From NCBI RefSeq assembly GCF_016433145.1, contig NC_058135.1, forward strand, positions 234,004,967-234,068,966: a stretch of DNA of 64,000 bases, read 5' to 3'. The stretch is from Gracilinanus agilis (taxonomy: Eukaryota). Numbering within the stretch: the stretch's first letter is position 1; each line of letters starts with the position of its first letter. Below are positions 49,849 to 62,998 of the stretch, one piece after another. Made by a program: the position numbers and the translations under genes. Under the pieces are notes generated by a model that did no database searches, was not told the origin of the DNA, and worked only from the letters and a program-made list of their open reading frames with translations.

Positions 49849-52800
49849 TGCTTGGATTATATATTAAAGAAGAAAGTTACATCTTTCGCAATAAAGATGC
49901 TTTGTCCATTTCTAAACAGTGTGGGCAATTTTCACTCATTGGAAGTCTTGAGAACATTTCAGAAATGAAAAGTTCCAATAAGATGTGCTATTTCATAACT
50001 AGCATAAGCCTTGAAAATGCAGATTCTCCGGCAACTAGAAGTCCTAGAATCCTAGAATCTTAGAGTTGGAAGGGACCTCAGAGACCCCTTGTCCTTATTT
50101 CTCACTTTACTTTGGAATTTTATGCAGACGTGGCAGGTTTTGCCACCAGTATTTACTCTTATCATCAGCTTTGATTGAAACACTTCAATGCCTTATTTGT
50201 GGGATAATTTGCTTTATGAGTAAGAATGTGTATATGAGCATGTGACTGTGAGAGGGAGATGCTAGAAAACTCATTCAATTCAACAGACATTCCATGGAGA
50301 TATAAAGATGAATCAAGTAAGACTCAATACCTGCCTTCAGGGAGCTTCCTCAGTACAGTTGGGGTATAACACATGTTCACAACCAACTAAAATGCAGCTT
50401 AGAATGTAGTAAGTACCCAGATCCAGAGAGAAGCAGGAAAAATGGATATGAGACAAATCTCCAAAAGAAGGATCTTCCAGAACTAATGGGGATGGGGAGG
50501 TTGGTGGGGAGGATCAGAATACCTGAGCTAGGTCTTGAAAGAAGGGCATTTTTTATTCATCAAGCAGAATGTGGAATTATAAGTCAATTTTTCTTTACTC
50601 CATCTAAATCCCTGGCATAATGGGAAAGCACAGTTACTTCTGAACCCCAAGCCCCAGTGCTAAGTACTTAAGAGTTCAGCACCTCTTGGAATTTTTCCTG
50701 AAGGTCTTGAGGTCAGCCTGGAGAATACTGAAGCCCCTTGCTTTGACTTTGGCTTCATGGAACCACCAAACCAGTTGGGATAGAATTGAGACATATATGT
50801 TCCCTTCTTTGTTCTCTCCTACTGCAACTAACAGTTGACTTCTCCATTTGTGCTGCTCTAGCTTCTTTTTCCTTTTTTATGTCCCTGTCTTTTTCAACCT
50901 CCTTCGTTGTAGAGTTCTCCCCACCAACCAGGGTCTTTTCCTCACAATATCACTGCATTTTGTGGTCAAATGTTCAAGCCTTTTGGGGAAATGCTGTCCA
51001 GAGAATTCTTCTCATTGAATAATATTATCTTGGTCCCAACCCTTGTAGGAATTGGAGTCTCAAGGACATGTGTCTACAGACTACAAAATCCTATTTACCA
51101 CTGTAGGTATAGATGATTGACAAAATGGCTAGTTTTGTTCTTTGGGCACCCTCCTAAATGTCCCCTTTAAATGTCCCCTCAACCCTGCATTGGCAGTCAA
51201 TCCCAAGCTGCCCTGAACTCCTCTTCAGTCTATGCTCCCAGATAACAGCACCATGTTTGGTACTTCTTCTACCCTTCTTTTCACTCTCCCTGTCTTTCTT
51301 CAGTGACACCTACCTAAGAGTGAACCACTTTCCTTTTGGGTTCTGCTCCCTTGGTGACAGCAAAGTAATCCCCTAAACTAAGCTGCCTCCCCTGAGCTCA
51401 ATCGGTGTTAATTGGTTGAATTCCCAGGAAATACATTTTCATTCAAGGGATCTCTTCTATAAATAACCTCTTGATTTCACGGAGGTACCGTAATGGGGAG
51501 ATGTTTCTGGTACCCTGTCAGGCTGGGGGTGAGGAATTCTGAAACTGGTTGGTTTTCTGATACTCGAAATTTCAACAGCCCCAGGTAGTCGACTACCTTG
51601 GGGAGTTACCCCTAGATCCCGGCTGAATTCTTCTTCGTTAGAGCTGGGGCATTTGGGGCCGGAATAGGGATGGATCTGATTTTTGAGTGGAGAAAGACCT
51701 AAGCAGGCTTCTATGGACAAGTATAGGGTATGTTTGTATAGGCAGCTGTCCTAAACCTCAGCTGTGCCTGCTAGGGCCCAGACACCCTGCCAGGCACACT
51801 TCCGGGATTTCTGTCGACTCTCAATGACTTCCTCTTGGCTAGCACCCGCTGATACCTGCCGGTAGGCACATGGCCCCTCAGGGCAGCAACACCACGGATT
51901 GTGTGTGAAGTGTGTAAATATTTGAGTCTGTTTATCAGGCATTTAATAGGTGTTGTAAATATTGTATGTGGCATGTTGGAAAATACCCTGGCTGCATATT
52001 TATTGTGTTTGGGCTTGGAACCAGAAGGCCATATGCTGTGGAGGTGTGAGGACAGTGTAAGGCCTTGAATGCCAGCCAGGTGCCAGCCTCCTGTGTGGCC
52101 TCGGGCAGCAACTTCCTAGAATGTTTAGAGCTGGAGGAGACTTTAGAAACCTCCGAAACTGAGTCGCTCATTTTATAAATGAGGAAACTGAGGCCTCCAA
52201 AGTCTTCTGAAGGAGAGTCCTCTTTTCCCACTGGACCAGGCTGAAGGTTTTTGATATCTACTGCCATTATTTCTTCATCTGCTCGGCATAAAACAGGAAA
52301 TTCAGCTGTTTGACTGCTCAGGAAGCCTCCTTACCTGGCATAGCTTTCCCCTGAGTCATCTGTTTATAGCACTCAGGAGGCAACTGAGGCCCCCAGTGCC
52401 CGCCCTGGAGATAGCAGTGGCATGGATGGGAGGGCTCCCAAATACAGTTTGGCAAAGTAGCTTCTGCCTAGTGAACAATACTGCCCCCCCCCCAATTCCC
52501 TGATTAAATATCTTGGGGAAAGGGGAAGCCCTAGTCTATAGACTACAAGGGTCTAGATAGGTTCACATTTCTAGAATGGCTTAAGGGTTTCAAAGTGCTT
52601 TATAGAAATTATCTCATTTAATTTTCACAACAACTCTTTGAGGGAGGTGCTATCATTATTCCCATTTAATTGGTAGGAAACTGAGGCCCAGGGAAGTTAA
52701 ATGACCTGTCCAGGGTCATGTGGTTAAAGTGTCTGAGGTAGGATTTGAAAGAAAGAAAGTTTTTCAAGCCCCTGAGAGGATCCCATGGCCATGGCAGATG

Positions 52801-53459
52801 ACTATGGATCTCCACTTTCTGGATAAAGCATGGATGCCCAGGGAGGGACTGATTTGGAGCAATAGAACACAGATATACCAAAAGGGCTTCTCCTGGGGGA
52901 GAAATGCCCTGGGATAATTGTGGCATCCCAGCTGTGGGGTTGGGAGCCTGGGTGGCAGACTTCCATGGATTGTTAGGGGAACAGTGGAGTTGGAAGCATG
53001 AATAGCCCTCATTTGAGTCAGGTTTTAAAGCCAGAGAGAGGGGGAGGAAAAGAGGGGAGTAGAAATGAGGGAGGAGAAGGCATTGCTGTTGAGAGAGAGA
53101 TCCAGGCCTGATCCTGGTCCTCCTTTATGGTGGCAAAGGTGATGGGGAGTGGCCATGTCCCTCTTGATCCTGTTCATCCAGGCTAGATTTCATGAAGCTC
53201 TAAGCAGAGGAGGGATTTACATTTTGTAAAGAAAATTCTCACACCTCTGGGGAAGAAGCCAGCCTGTGTGTCCCTACCAGCTCAGCAGGCTTCCTTGCCC
53301 TAATTGTGTGTGACAGAGAACAATTGCAGCATTTATACAACTTTTTATTGACTGGGGACTGGACAGTAGCATATGGAAGCAGTGACAATGGATGGACTGA
53401 TGGGAAAACAAAGAAATTCCAGTATTCTGGTGTTTTGAAAAAAGTCATTCAGAACTTCG

Positions 53460-53700
53460 TCATATTGGTTCAGCTGTTGTAACCAAAGACAGATAAGATA
53501 ATAGAGGTCTTTGTGGTGGGTTTGTACTGAAATCCTTTATCTTTATGATGCACTCGGGAGCCTTTAGAGTGGGAAAGCTCTTTAAACGCCTGTTGGATTC
53601 AGACTTCAAATTAGATGCTGGTACACTGGGGGAGTGTGTGTGGGGGGGTCCTTTCCCAGGCATTACCACAAAGTCACTTTTATCTCCAGAGACCTTCCCA
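53460..53700. promoter_or_regulatory. Candidate GATA/RUNX/E-box enhancer module
   Basis: WGATAR at 53491, 53496, 53537(-), 53680(-); TGTGGT 53512; ACCACA 53665; CAGCTG 53471. Confidence 0.35.
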
Positions 53701-55084
53701 TAGGCGCGAAGTTGCTTCAGCCTTCCCTGTTTATTTTTGTTGACTTGTGCTGCCCTATTTTGTGGCATTTAAAAAGCAGGCTCTATCAAAAAAGGCAAAT
53801 GCAAAAGGCCTGTGAAGTGGGGACATCACAGCCCATCTGATGTGTGTGCAGACTTGGGGTGAGACAGGATGGTTGAGCCAGGTCATCTGTGAGCAGCAGA
53901 GATCAAATGCACCTCCCTTTCATGACTGGCATTGTATCGGGCCTTTCTTCTCCAACAATGTCCATAAAGAAAAAAAATTAGAACTGACCAGGGAATTTGT
54001 TCACGAGGCTCTCCTTTTTCAACTTCTTTGGCACCTCCCTGGTCGGCTGGCCTGGCGCTTGTAATTGATGGTGCCCTGGGCTGGCTCTTCCTACTTTAAT
54101 CATTCTGGGATGGATGTTGAAATGACCCTCTCTTCTCCTCTACTTGTCTTTTTGGTACTTTCGTGTGATTTTTTACTGTTAAATCCTATTGGGTTCATGT
54201 GTGATGAGATCACTATTGAAACTGTCAGGGAGCAGATTTGTTTACGGGTCTCTCGGCCAGCAGTTCCCCATGACTTCAAGGATGATGACCCTCTTTGAAT
54301 GTCCAAAAAAAAAAAAAAAGGTCCTATTTGAACCCCCTCCCCCTCTACCTGTAATTAGTTCTGTTAGGGTCTTGATTCAGAAAATACCTAATGACAAAAA
54401 AGATGCTATAAATTCATTAACTTAAAAAAATGAATTTATATTTTATTTATCACACCATTATCTAGATTCATTTGAGAAGTAGACATGCTTTGTTTTGTGT
54501 TTGACATATCTTCCTAGAATATGTGCTAAGCACTGTGTTTAGTAAATGTTTTTTCTTTTGTTCATTTTTTATTCATTCAGTCTACTGAAGGGGGAGACTC
54601 ATTCATTTTTGGATTTGCATATGGATTCATGACCTCATGCAAAAATACCCATAGCTTCATCATATGACTCCTTTGAGATCTGCAGCTTTTGTGCTAGGAA
54701 TCAGTTTTAGCTGGTCCTTTAAGGCCTTGCACTGTCTGCCAATGATTTATCTTTTCAGCCCAACTCCACACAACTCTGCTCACTTTGGGTTCTAGCCAAA
54801 CTGTACCCCGATCTCATCTTGTCTTCTCTTGCCTCCATATATTTGAGCAAGGCTTTCCTCCTGTGCCTACAGTAGTCTCCCTCCTCATTTCTGCCTGTTG
54901 AAATTGTTGTCTTTTCTTTAAGGCCCAGATTTGTGCCATCTCTTCATTTTCAAAATTTTGTAAAGGATTTTGTCCGTATTTCTGCTCTGTTCATATCATG
55001 ATTTTCTATCATCCTAATGAAGGCAGAGACTATACTTTTTCATCTTTGAATGCCAAGAGTTTATCAGGAAGATTTGTGATAAGA

Positions 55085-55280
55085 CAGAGGTTCTCCACCA
55101 TTTTGTGGGTCCTTGACCCCTTTGGGAATCCATTGATACCAATGGACAGACCCCTTCTCAGAATCACATTTTTAAATACATAGAATAAAATACCTAGGAT
55201 TAAAAAAGTAAACCAATTATATTGAAATGTAATTATCAACTAATAAAAAAGTTTCCCAGATCCCAGGTTGAGAACCCTTG
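55085..55280. mobile_element. hAT-Charlie (Charlie4-like) MITE
   Basis: TIRs CAGAGGTTCTCCACC / GGTTGAGAACCCTTG (12/15 complementary). Confidence 0.75.
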
Positions 55281-56699
55281 CAGAAGGTAAACATTTGAAT
55301 TAGATGACATCATTTATTAGGCTGATAAAAATGTCCAGTTTTCAGGTTGTAGCCTGCATGTATCGGAGAGGGAAATTTATATTAAAATGAAGAATTATTT
55401 TCTTCTCTTGTTCATCATTGTGTTTCCTTTAGTCTTTTCAATTCAACAGGCCCTTGGTCTACTAGGTCATGGAGATCCTTTGTTGGGGAACAGTTACTCT
55501 CAGGGACTTGGCTTTTGAGGAAACCAAAATTCTTGGATCATTTAAGCAGTTCTGTCATGTATTGAGATATGATGAAAAGGGTGAGCCAAACTCTGTCCAG
55601 TCTAGTGCCGTGCAAGCTGCTTGCATTGGCAGATTTCAGATTGGAAAGTTCCAGTTTCTACCCAATACTACCCTCCCGCTTTTCTTAGTGGTGATCTTTT
55701 AAATTACATCCATTCAGTAACACTTTGCCACATTCAATAGGCATTCCATGTGGAGTTGCCTTTGTGAAAGTGGCAAGAAAAAAATTCTCCCTTAAACATA
55801 TTTAAAACCTAGATTTGTAATTTATTATGTTTCCATTTTTGTCTAGCTGTGCAAGCTACCGATCACTATGACATGATTCTATATGTCCTAATCTCGATTT
55901 CATTGACTTTTTTCTAGTATGTTCTAGGAACAACCCAGGCTCTTAGGTATAGTTTGCAAAGTAGAAAAGTTGATATCTTTGGGTGATTTTTCTCAGCTTC
56001 TTAAGATTCCCACAAAATGAGGCTAGAGGGCTGATTTCAAAACTGTTGTAAGGAAGGATGGTATTTGAAAACTTTTGATGAAGGAAATTGCCACTGTATT
56101 TACATTTAAAAAAAATGTTTCCTNNNNNNNNNNNNNNNNNNNNNNNNNNNNNNNNNNNNNNNNNNNNNNNNNNNNNNNNNNNNNNNNNNNNNNNNNNNNN
56201 NNNNNNNNNNNNNNNNNNNNNNNNNNNNNNNNNNNNNNNNNNNNNNNNNNNNNNNNNNNNNNNNNNNNNNNNNNNNNNNNNNNNNNNNNNNNNNNNNNNN
56301 NNNNNNNNNNNNNNNNNNNNNNNNNNNNNNNNNNNNNNNNNNNNNNNNNNNNNNNNNNNNNNNNNNNNNNNNNNNNNNNNNNNNNNNNNNNNNNNNNNNN
56401 NNNNNNNNNNNNNNNNNNNNNNNNNNNNNNNNNNNNNNNNNNNNNNNNNNNNNNNNNNNNNNNNNNNNNNNNNNNNNNNNNNNNNNNNNNNNNNNNNNNN
56501 NNNNNNNNNNNNNNNNNNNNNNNNNNNNNNNNNNNNNNNNNNNNNNNNNNNNNNNNNNNNNNNNNNNNNNNNNNNNNNNNNNNNNNNNNNNNNNNNNNNN
56601 NNNNNNNNNNNNNNNNNNNNNNNNNNNNNNNNNNNNNNNNNNNNNNNNNNNNNNNNNNNNNNNNNNNNNNNNNNNNNNNNNNNNNNNNNNNATGGAACA

Positions 56700-56723
56700 A
56701 AACACACACATACACACACATAC

Positions 56724-56789
<66 letters not shown>

Positions 56790-56790
56790 C
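56700..56790. repeat. (CA/TA)-(GA)n compound microsatellite
   Basis: Direct reading. Confidence 0.95.
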
Positions 56791-57437
56791 GTGAGAGCCA
56801 AAAAATAAAACAGCACTGTCTTTGGAATTAGAGAATAGATATGGTTGCAGATGAATTTCAGACACATGAGATATGATGTTGGAAGAAGGCAGGCAGGCAG
56901 GCAGACTTTCCTGATGTTTCTGAGGAAGGCTTTCCCTTCATTCCCTTTCCAAGCCTTGCAGAGGAGGTGTCTTTTGTTATTTGGAGAGCAAAGACTCTAA
57001 GCAGGGATTCCAGCCTGAAGGATGTGAAATAAGTGATGATGGCAAGCTGCTCCCAGTGACCTTTGCTCGTCTAGGTAGAGCCTTGAATATGTTCAGTTTT
57101 CTTTTCTATTTTATCAAAATTTAAACTATAATTAATTAATGGCTAGATTTTTCCATTGAGAAATAAGACAGAGCATTGGAGCATGTGAGATAATCTCTTG
57201 GTGTTTCTTGACATGCCAGGGAAATCCCAGGCTTACTCCACAGAGTCCCACAGGGTACCCATTGGTTTTACCAATTTGTAGTTTCAATTCTAGGATAGAG
57301 TTTTTATTGAAATTATTTATTTGAACTTGGGAGAGTGTAAAAGATCTGAGTTTGAATCTTGACATATGACTGGGCAAACTCCTTCAGCTATTTGGACAGC
57401 AGTTTTCTTCTTATAAAATAGGGCAGTTGGATTAGAT

Positions 57438-57614
57438 CAAGAGTTCTTAGGGTCTTTTTTCATTATATTTTAATAATTCTGTTTTGTTATATACATATAT
57501 CATAATAATCCTATGTATTTTGGGATTTAAAAATGTTTTTCTGAGATTGTATCTATTGATTTCATTGGTCTGCCAGAGGGGGTCATGACACACAAAAATG
57601 GTGAAGAACCCCTA
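57438..57614. mobile_element. hAT-Charlie-like MITE nested in a MIR
   Basis: CAAGAGTTCTTA...AAGAACCCCTA termini; 8-bp TSD GATTAGAT/GACTAGCT (6/8). Confidence 0.75.
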
Positions 57615-58618
57615 GACTAGCTGATTTCTAAGGCTCTTCCCCATCTGTTCTTTTCCTATGGACTCTTCATTTCTGGGGATGAGCTCATCTCCATTCCTGA
57701 GATAAGATGGCATAGAGTATGTCTGCAGGATTGGTACCCACTCAGGTACTGCTATTTTATCATGGAAACATCTCCTTTTAGGCAATTAAAACAGAAATAT
57801 CCTACCCCACAGCTCTGAAATATATAATTTCAAACCAGAATTGATAATAGAGCAAAGGCAGCAATCTTAGGAAAGGAAAATGATCCAAAGGAAATTTCAT
57901 AGACTTTGGGTATGCAAACTGGTCCATGATAGCACTTGAGCTTTGACCCTAACACGGGAGGCTCAGCACTCTTACAGATGTGTTCAAGTCACCAGGGATA
58001 TTTAGGTATGTTTCTGTTATGCCATATTCTACTTACCTTTCAGCTCAGTTTTCCTGAAAATAACATGGGCACCAACCAACCCACCTCCATCCTCAAGTTC
58101 TTTGGAAAGACTTGAGCATTTCAGAGCAGTACAAACCAAGTTACTTCAGCAGCTTCACCAAGAAAGCCCATTTCCCAGGTTAAAATGCAAATAAAGGACA
58201 TTCATGCCCACAGTGCTTTTCACTGTAGAGTAGAAAGCAGGTCCAAGTAAGGATAGCTGGTCTGAAATCCTGACTTGGACAGACAAGAGCTCAATCCCAC
58301 AGGGCCTCCCAAGCAATGTTCTGTGTCTGTATATTAAAGGAGAATTGGGTATCTGTTTGCTGGAAGAAAGTTTCATACTGGGAACTTGCCCATAGATTTG
58401 GATCCTCCAAAACAAACAAACAAATGCAAATATAAAACCCATCAGGTGTGTTGCCTCTCTCTTCCCATCCTTGATGTGTGTTTCAGGTCCTAGAAACAGC
58501 CTGAATTGGTGTGATAAAAACTAGAGAGGGCAGGATGTAATATTTCTTCAAGTTCCATTTAGTGGTTCACTTTGTTTCATAATTCTAGGTGGTCTTAAAC
58601 ATATTTCTTAGTCTCAGA

Positions 58619-58790
58619 CAGGAATTCTTTACTTGGAGTCTCTTGATAGTCTGGTGTTGCCTATAAACTCTCAGAAAAAGTTTTTAATATATAAAATCAA
58701 ATACATAGATTAAAAGGGAAGCCAAATATATTGAAATGCTTATAAAAATATATTTAAAAAAGTTTATGGACCTGAGACTGAGAACTTCTG
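58619..58790. mobile_element. hAT-Charlie-like MITE
   Basis: CAGGAATTCT...AGAACTTCTG termini; flanks TCTCAGA/CCTCAGA. Confidence 0.7.
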
Positions 58791-59589
58791 CCTCAGAGCA
58801 ACTTTTTTTTTTGTGAGCTAGAGAATCTGTTGCTCTCGCCTTTACACAGATAATAAGAAACTTTTTACATATCAACCTCAGCTCCTGGAGTTGTTGGACA
58901 GAGGAAAAAGGGATCAGCTCTTCAAGGTCAGGACTTTCATTTTTGTCTTTGTAGCCTGAGCCTTCACCCAGTGCCTGCTCAAGAGTGGGTGCTTAATAAA
59001 AACTTAATGTTGAACTGAAGTGATTGAAGTTTGTGGGAATGTTTTAGTGAGTCTGGGAAGAAAAAAATGTCCCTGGTCCTTCCCAGGGGAGTCCCAGCTT
59101 CCCAAGTGACTCTCTTCATCGCTACTCCCACTCTTAATCATTCTAATTGTNNNNNNNNNNNNNNNNNNNNNNNNNNNNNNNNNNNNNNNNNNNNNNNNNN
59201 NNNNNNNNNNNNNNNNNNNNNNNNNNNNNNNNNNNNNNNNNNNNNNNNNNNNNNNNNNNNNNNNNNNNNNNNNNNNNNNNNNNNNNNNNNNNNNNNNNNN
59301 NNNGCATCTAAATGAAGTCCTTCATTTTCCAAAAGGCAAAGTACAATTTGCCTAAAGCTGTATACACAGGTGCTGTGATCATCTCATTCCTATCTCAGGC
59401 TCTTAGATGTTGATCAGAGGCCAGCTAGTCAAGTTCCCTCATTTTACAAAATAGAAATGACAAGTGGGCAGTAATGGCCAGAGGTAGGATTTGAACCTAG
59501 ATCTGACTTTGAGAGCCAGTGACTTCTCCAGTATATCACACTATTTTCAGGGCTGTTGAGGATAGAGTTCCTGGCCTCTTCATGAGCTC

Positions 59590-59778
59590 AACTTTGGCCT
59601 CAGATACTTACTAGCTGTGTGACCCTGGACAAGTCACTTAACCCGGTTTGTCTCAGTTCCTCATTTGTAAAATGAGCTGGAGGAGGAAATGGCAAACCAC
59701 TCCAGTATCTCTGCCAAGAAAACCTCAAATAGGGTCATGAAGTGTTGGATACGACTGAAAAATGACTGAATAACAACA
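59590..59778 (+). mobile_element. MAR1 SINE, 5'-truncated
   Basis: CORE followed by the RTE tail GGAGGAGGAAATGGCAAACCACTCCAGTATCTCTGCCAAGAAAAC...ACGACTGAAAAATGACTGAATAACAAC. Confidence 0.85.
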
Positions 59779-61964
59779 TTATTTTCATGTTCAAGCTGAT
59801 TTTAGCTCATGGCTAGGTAGATATTCTAGAAATAAGAGATCAGAAAAAGAGGTGATTTTGTAGGCTTTTATTTATTAAAAAGATTTTTATACCTTGCCAA
59901 CATTTTGAGATATTTATAAAATCCTATAATAGATGGCAAAGAAGACAATCCAGAGATGCCTTATCTTGAGTGCTTGGATCTGCTCAATTATCAGAGCATG
60001 GATGGGGAGATACTTCTTATTTCTTTCTCCATTCCTCCTTTGTTCTCCTCAGTAACAAAGTCTCTTTGGCTTTTGGGGAAGTTTCCTGATACGCTGAAGG
60101 AGCCTTTTTTTTTTTTTAGATCTAAGAACCTTCTGGGCCAGACATTTCTTCTTTCTCTCATTCAGATCCCTCTTGCTTCACTCTATGCCCATTATCTTTG
60201 TTTACTGGCCTTATTAGTTCCAACCCTTGATACAATCAAATTTTTCTAGTCTGTGAGTTAAATCTCCAGGGTAATGTGAAAAGCCATATTCACTCTATAA
60301 ACTTACTTTAATAATGTGTAAAATAAAAATTCCACATACAGGTGTGATGTTATACTATTGTTCTCAAGTCATTCTTTGTAGGCTACAAGCCTGCATTTTG
60401 GTCTTAGATTGTCAAGACAGTTTGTCTTAAGCCTGTGGCGCTTGTCTGCTACAATAGAGTCACCTTTTAGTGGCCCATCCTTGTTCTTAGCTTGGCCAGG
60501 ATCCCATGAAGGAACAGCGCCATCAACAACAAAAAAGGCCTTCTTCCTGATTTCTTTATCACCAGGCCCCCTTCTTGTCTTCTGGTGTTTCCTCTGAAGG
60601 AATGAAGGGGGAAGGACAGCCATCAGGAGGCTAGTCACCCCCTCTCACCAAAAAAAAAAAAAAAGACTATCTTTGTCGTTGCTGACAGCTGGTGGCTTCT
60701 TTCTGAAAAGCTTTCAAATCATAGATCATTCCTTCATAATGAAACCTGTGTGGCTCGAGTACAGTGGGTTGAAATTCTTATCTTGTGCCACAGTGAAATG
60801 CTCTAATTTAGATTCACAAAAGGATTCTGTACCCTTTACTTAGGAGAGCTGTGCAATTTACCCATAAAAAGACTGTTCAGCACCATTAGTGCATGTCGTA
60901 AGTGTTCGGAGGCTTCATCCTTATTAAACACCATATCCTTATGCATAACCTTTTCAACCCTGAGAATGTTTGCTTCCTTTGAAGGATGACAAGTGAAAAA
61001 AGGGGTGAGGGAGCCCCAAAGCAACATTGTTACCTTCAAAGAATGAACTTGGGAACTTTAGCTTGTCCCTGCCTTCATTCCCTACTCCCACCCCATCCAG
61101 TCCACCCCCTCTAGACTGTGATCTTGGTTGAGTTCCTTCTTACTGGTGGCAGTTTTGAATCTATCCTTAGACTCATACAACAGACAAATGAGTGTTCCCT
61201 GACACTTTATCCTTAGCAACTGGGGTTCTGATCTCAGGGCCACATGGCATTATTGTACTATATGGAAACCCTGGAGGATGATGCTCGGACTATACAAAGA
61301 CGTGTAAAAAAATAAACAAATGAAAAATTTGTACCAAATATTGTAATGCCTTGTGTTTTTGGTTTTTTTGCAATCTCTGTTTTTCACATAATCTAAATTG
61401 TAAGGTCAGAGATTTAGAACTGGGGGAAACTTTCTGGAAGCTTAGGGATCAAGTCTAATCTCTTATTTTATAGAGAAGGAAACTGAGACCCAGGGAGATA
61501 AATGATTTGTTGGAGGTAACAAAAATAATAAGTAACAGAAAGTGGGTCCCAATCCACTTTCTGGATTCTGGACCAGAGCTCTTTCTACCATACCATTCTG
61601 GCTTGAGATCTATTCCCATTTTACAAGACTAGATAATTTAGGTACCTTAAATACTTGAAGGCAACTACCATGATGTACTAGAGTCTTCTCTATACCAGGT
61701 GAAACTTCTTTTGTTCTCTCTTGTTCTTTTAACTAGTCCTCATAAAGAATAATTTTAATTACCAGTAGAGGTATCTAAGTGAATAGAGCACTGGGCCAGC
61801 AATTAGAATTCAAATCTGACCTCAAACACTTACTAGCTGTGTGACTTTGGGGAAATTACCTAAATGTCTACTTCAGAATCTTCAACTGTAAAATGGGGAT
61901 CATAATAGCGCCTACTTCCTGGGGTTGTAGTGAGGATTCAAGGAAATTATCTTTGTAAAGTACT

Positions 61965-62502
61965 TTCCCTCCTTCCCTTCCCTTCCTTCCTTTCCCTCCC
62001 TTCCCCCCTCACTTCCTTCCTTTCTTCTTTTCTTCTCTCCCTCCCTCCCCACCTCCCTCCCCACCTNNNNNNNNNNNNNNNNNNNNNNNNNNNNNNNNNN
62101 NNNNNNNNNNNNNNNNNNNNNNNNNNNNNNNNNNNNNNNNNNNNNNNNNNNNNNNNNNNNNNNNNNNNNNNNNNNNNNNNNNNNNNNNNNNNNNNNNNNN
62201 NNNNNNNNNNNNNNNNNNNNNNNNNNNNNNNNNNNNNNNNNNNNNNNNNNNNNNNNNNNNNNNNNNNNNNNNNNNNNNNNNNNNNNNNNNNNNNNNNNNN
62301 NNNNNNNNNNNNNNNNNNNNNNNNNNNNNNNNNNNNNNNNNNNNNNNNNNNNNNNNNNNNNNNNNNNNNNNNNNNNNNNNNNNNNNNNNNNNNNNNNNNN
62401 NNNNNNNNNNNNNNNNNNNNNNNNNNNNNNNNNNNNNNNNNNNTTCCTTCCTTCCTTCCTTCCTTCCTTCCTTCCTTCCTTCCTTCCTTCCTTCCTTCCT
62501 TT
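61965..62502. repeat. (TTCC)n / CT-rich repeat spanning a gap, at the tail of a MIR (about 61775-61965)
   Basis: Direct reading. Confidence 0.9.
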
Positions 62503-62804
62503 TATGGCACCCAGTCCTGGACACAGTAAATTGGGACTGGCCTCGAAGGAAGGCACTTTGCCTTTTCACTCCCTCCTCCTGGATGCTCTGTCTCCTAACA
62601 TAGCCTCAGATCACATTGGCTGGTTTGCCAGTCCTGCATACTGCTGACTTGTAGTTACCTTTCAGTCCCTGGGTCTTTTTCACAATTGCTTGTGTTTAAC
62701 TATGTTGCTTCTGTCCTGGATTTGTTAAATTGATTTACTACTGTATTATTTAAGGTTGGAAGATGGGACTCCTTCTTTGCTGAATGTCATGAATTCATCT
62801 AATG

Positions 62805-62998
62805 CAAGGGTTCTTCACTCATGCTCTGTGAACTTCCTTCTTTTTTTTTTTTTGACTGTATCTCCATAGAATTAATTTCTTTTCAATTCTTATGTATTTT
62901 ATTTGGTGTGTTTAAAAATGTCATTCTGAGAATGGGACCATAGTTTTCCCCATACTACCTTCAGAGCCTGGGTCATAAAAAAAGGTTGAGAAACTCGG
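62805..62998. mobile_element. hAT-Charlie-like MITE
   Basis: CAAGGGTTCTTC...GGTTGAGAAACTCGG termini; 8-bp TSD ATCTAATG/CTCTAGTG (6/8). Confidence 0.7.

Noticed and set aside
52335-52346. CTTACCTGGCA, resembling the U1 snRNA 5' end
   Set aside because: Only 11 nt match with no further U1 homology; equivalent to a chance antisense splice-donor motif.
35340-62569. Long ORFs (186-280 aa) with X runs and RE/SL/GRKE repeats
   Set aside because: Artefacts of N gaps and adjacent microsatellites.
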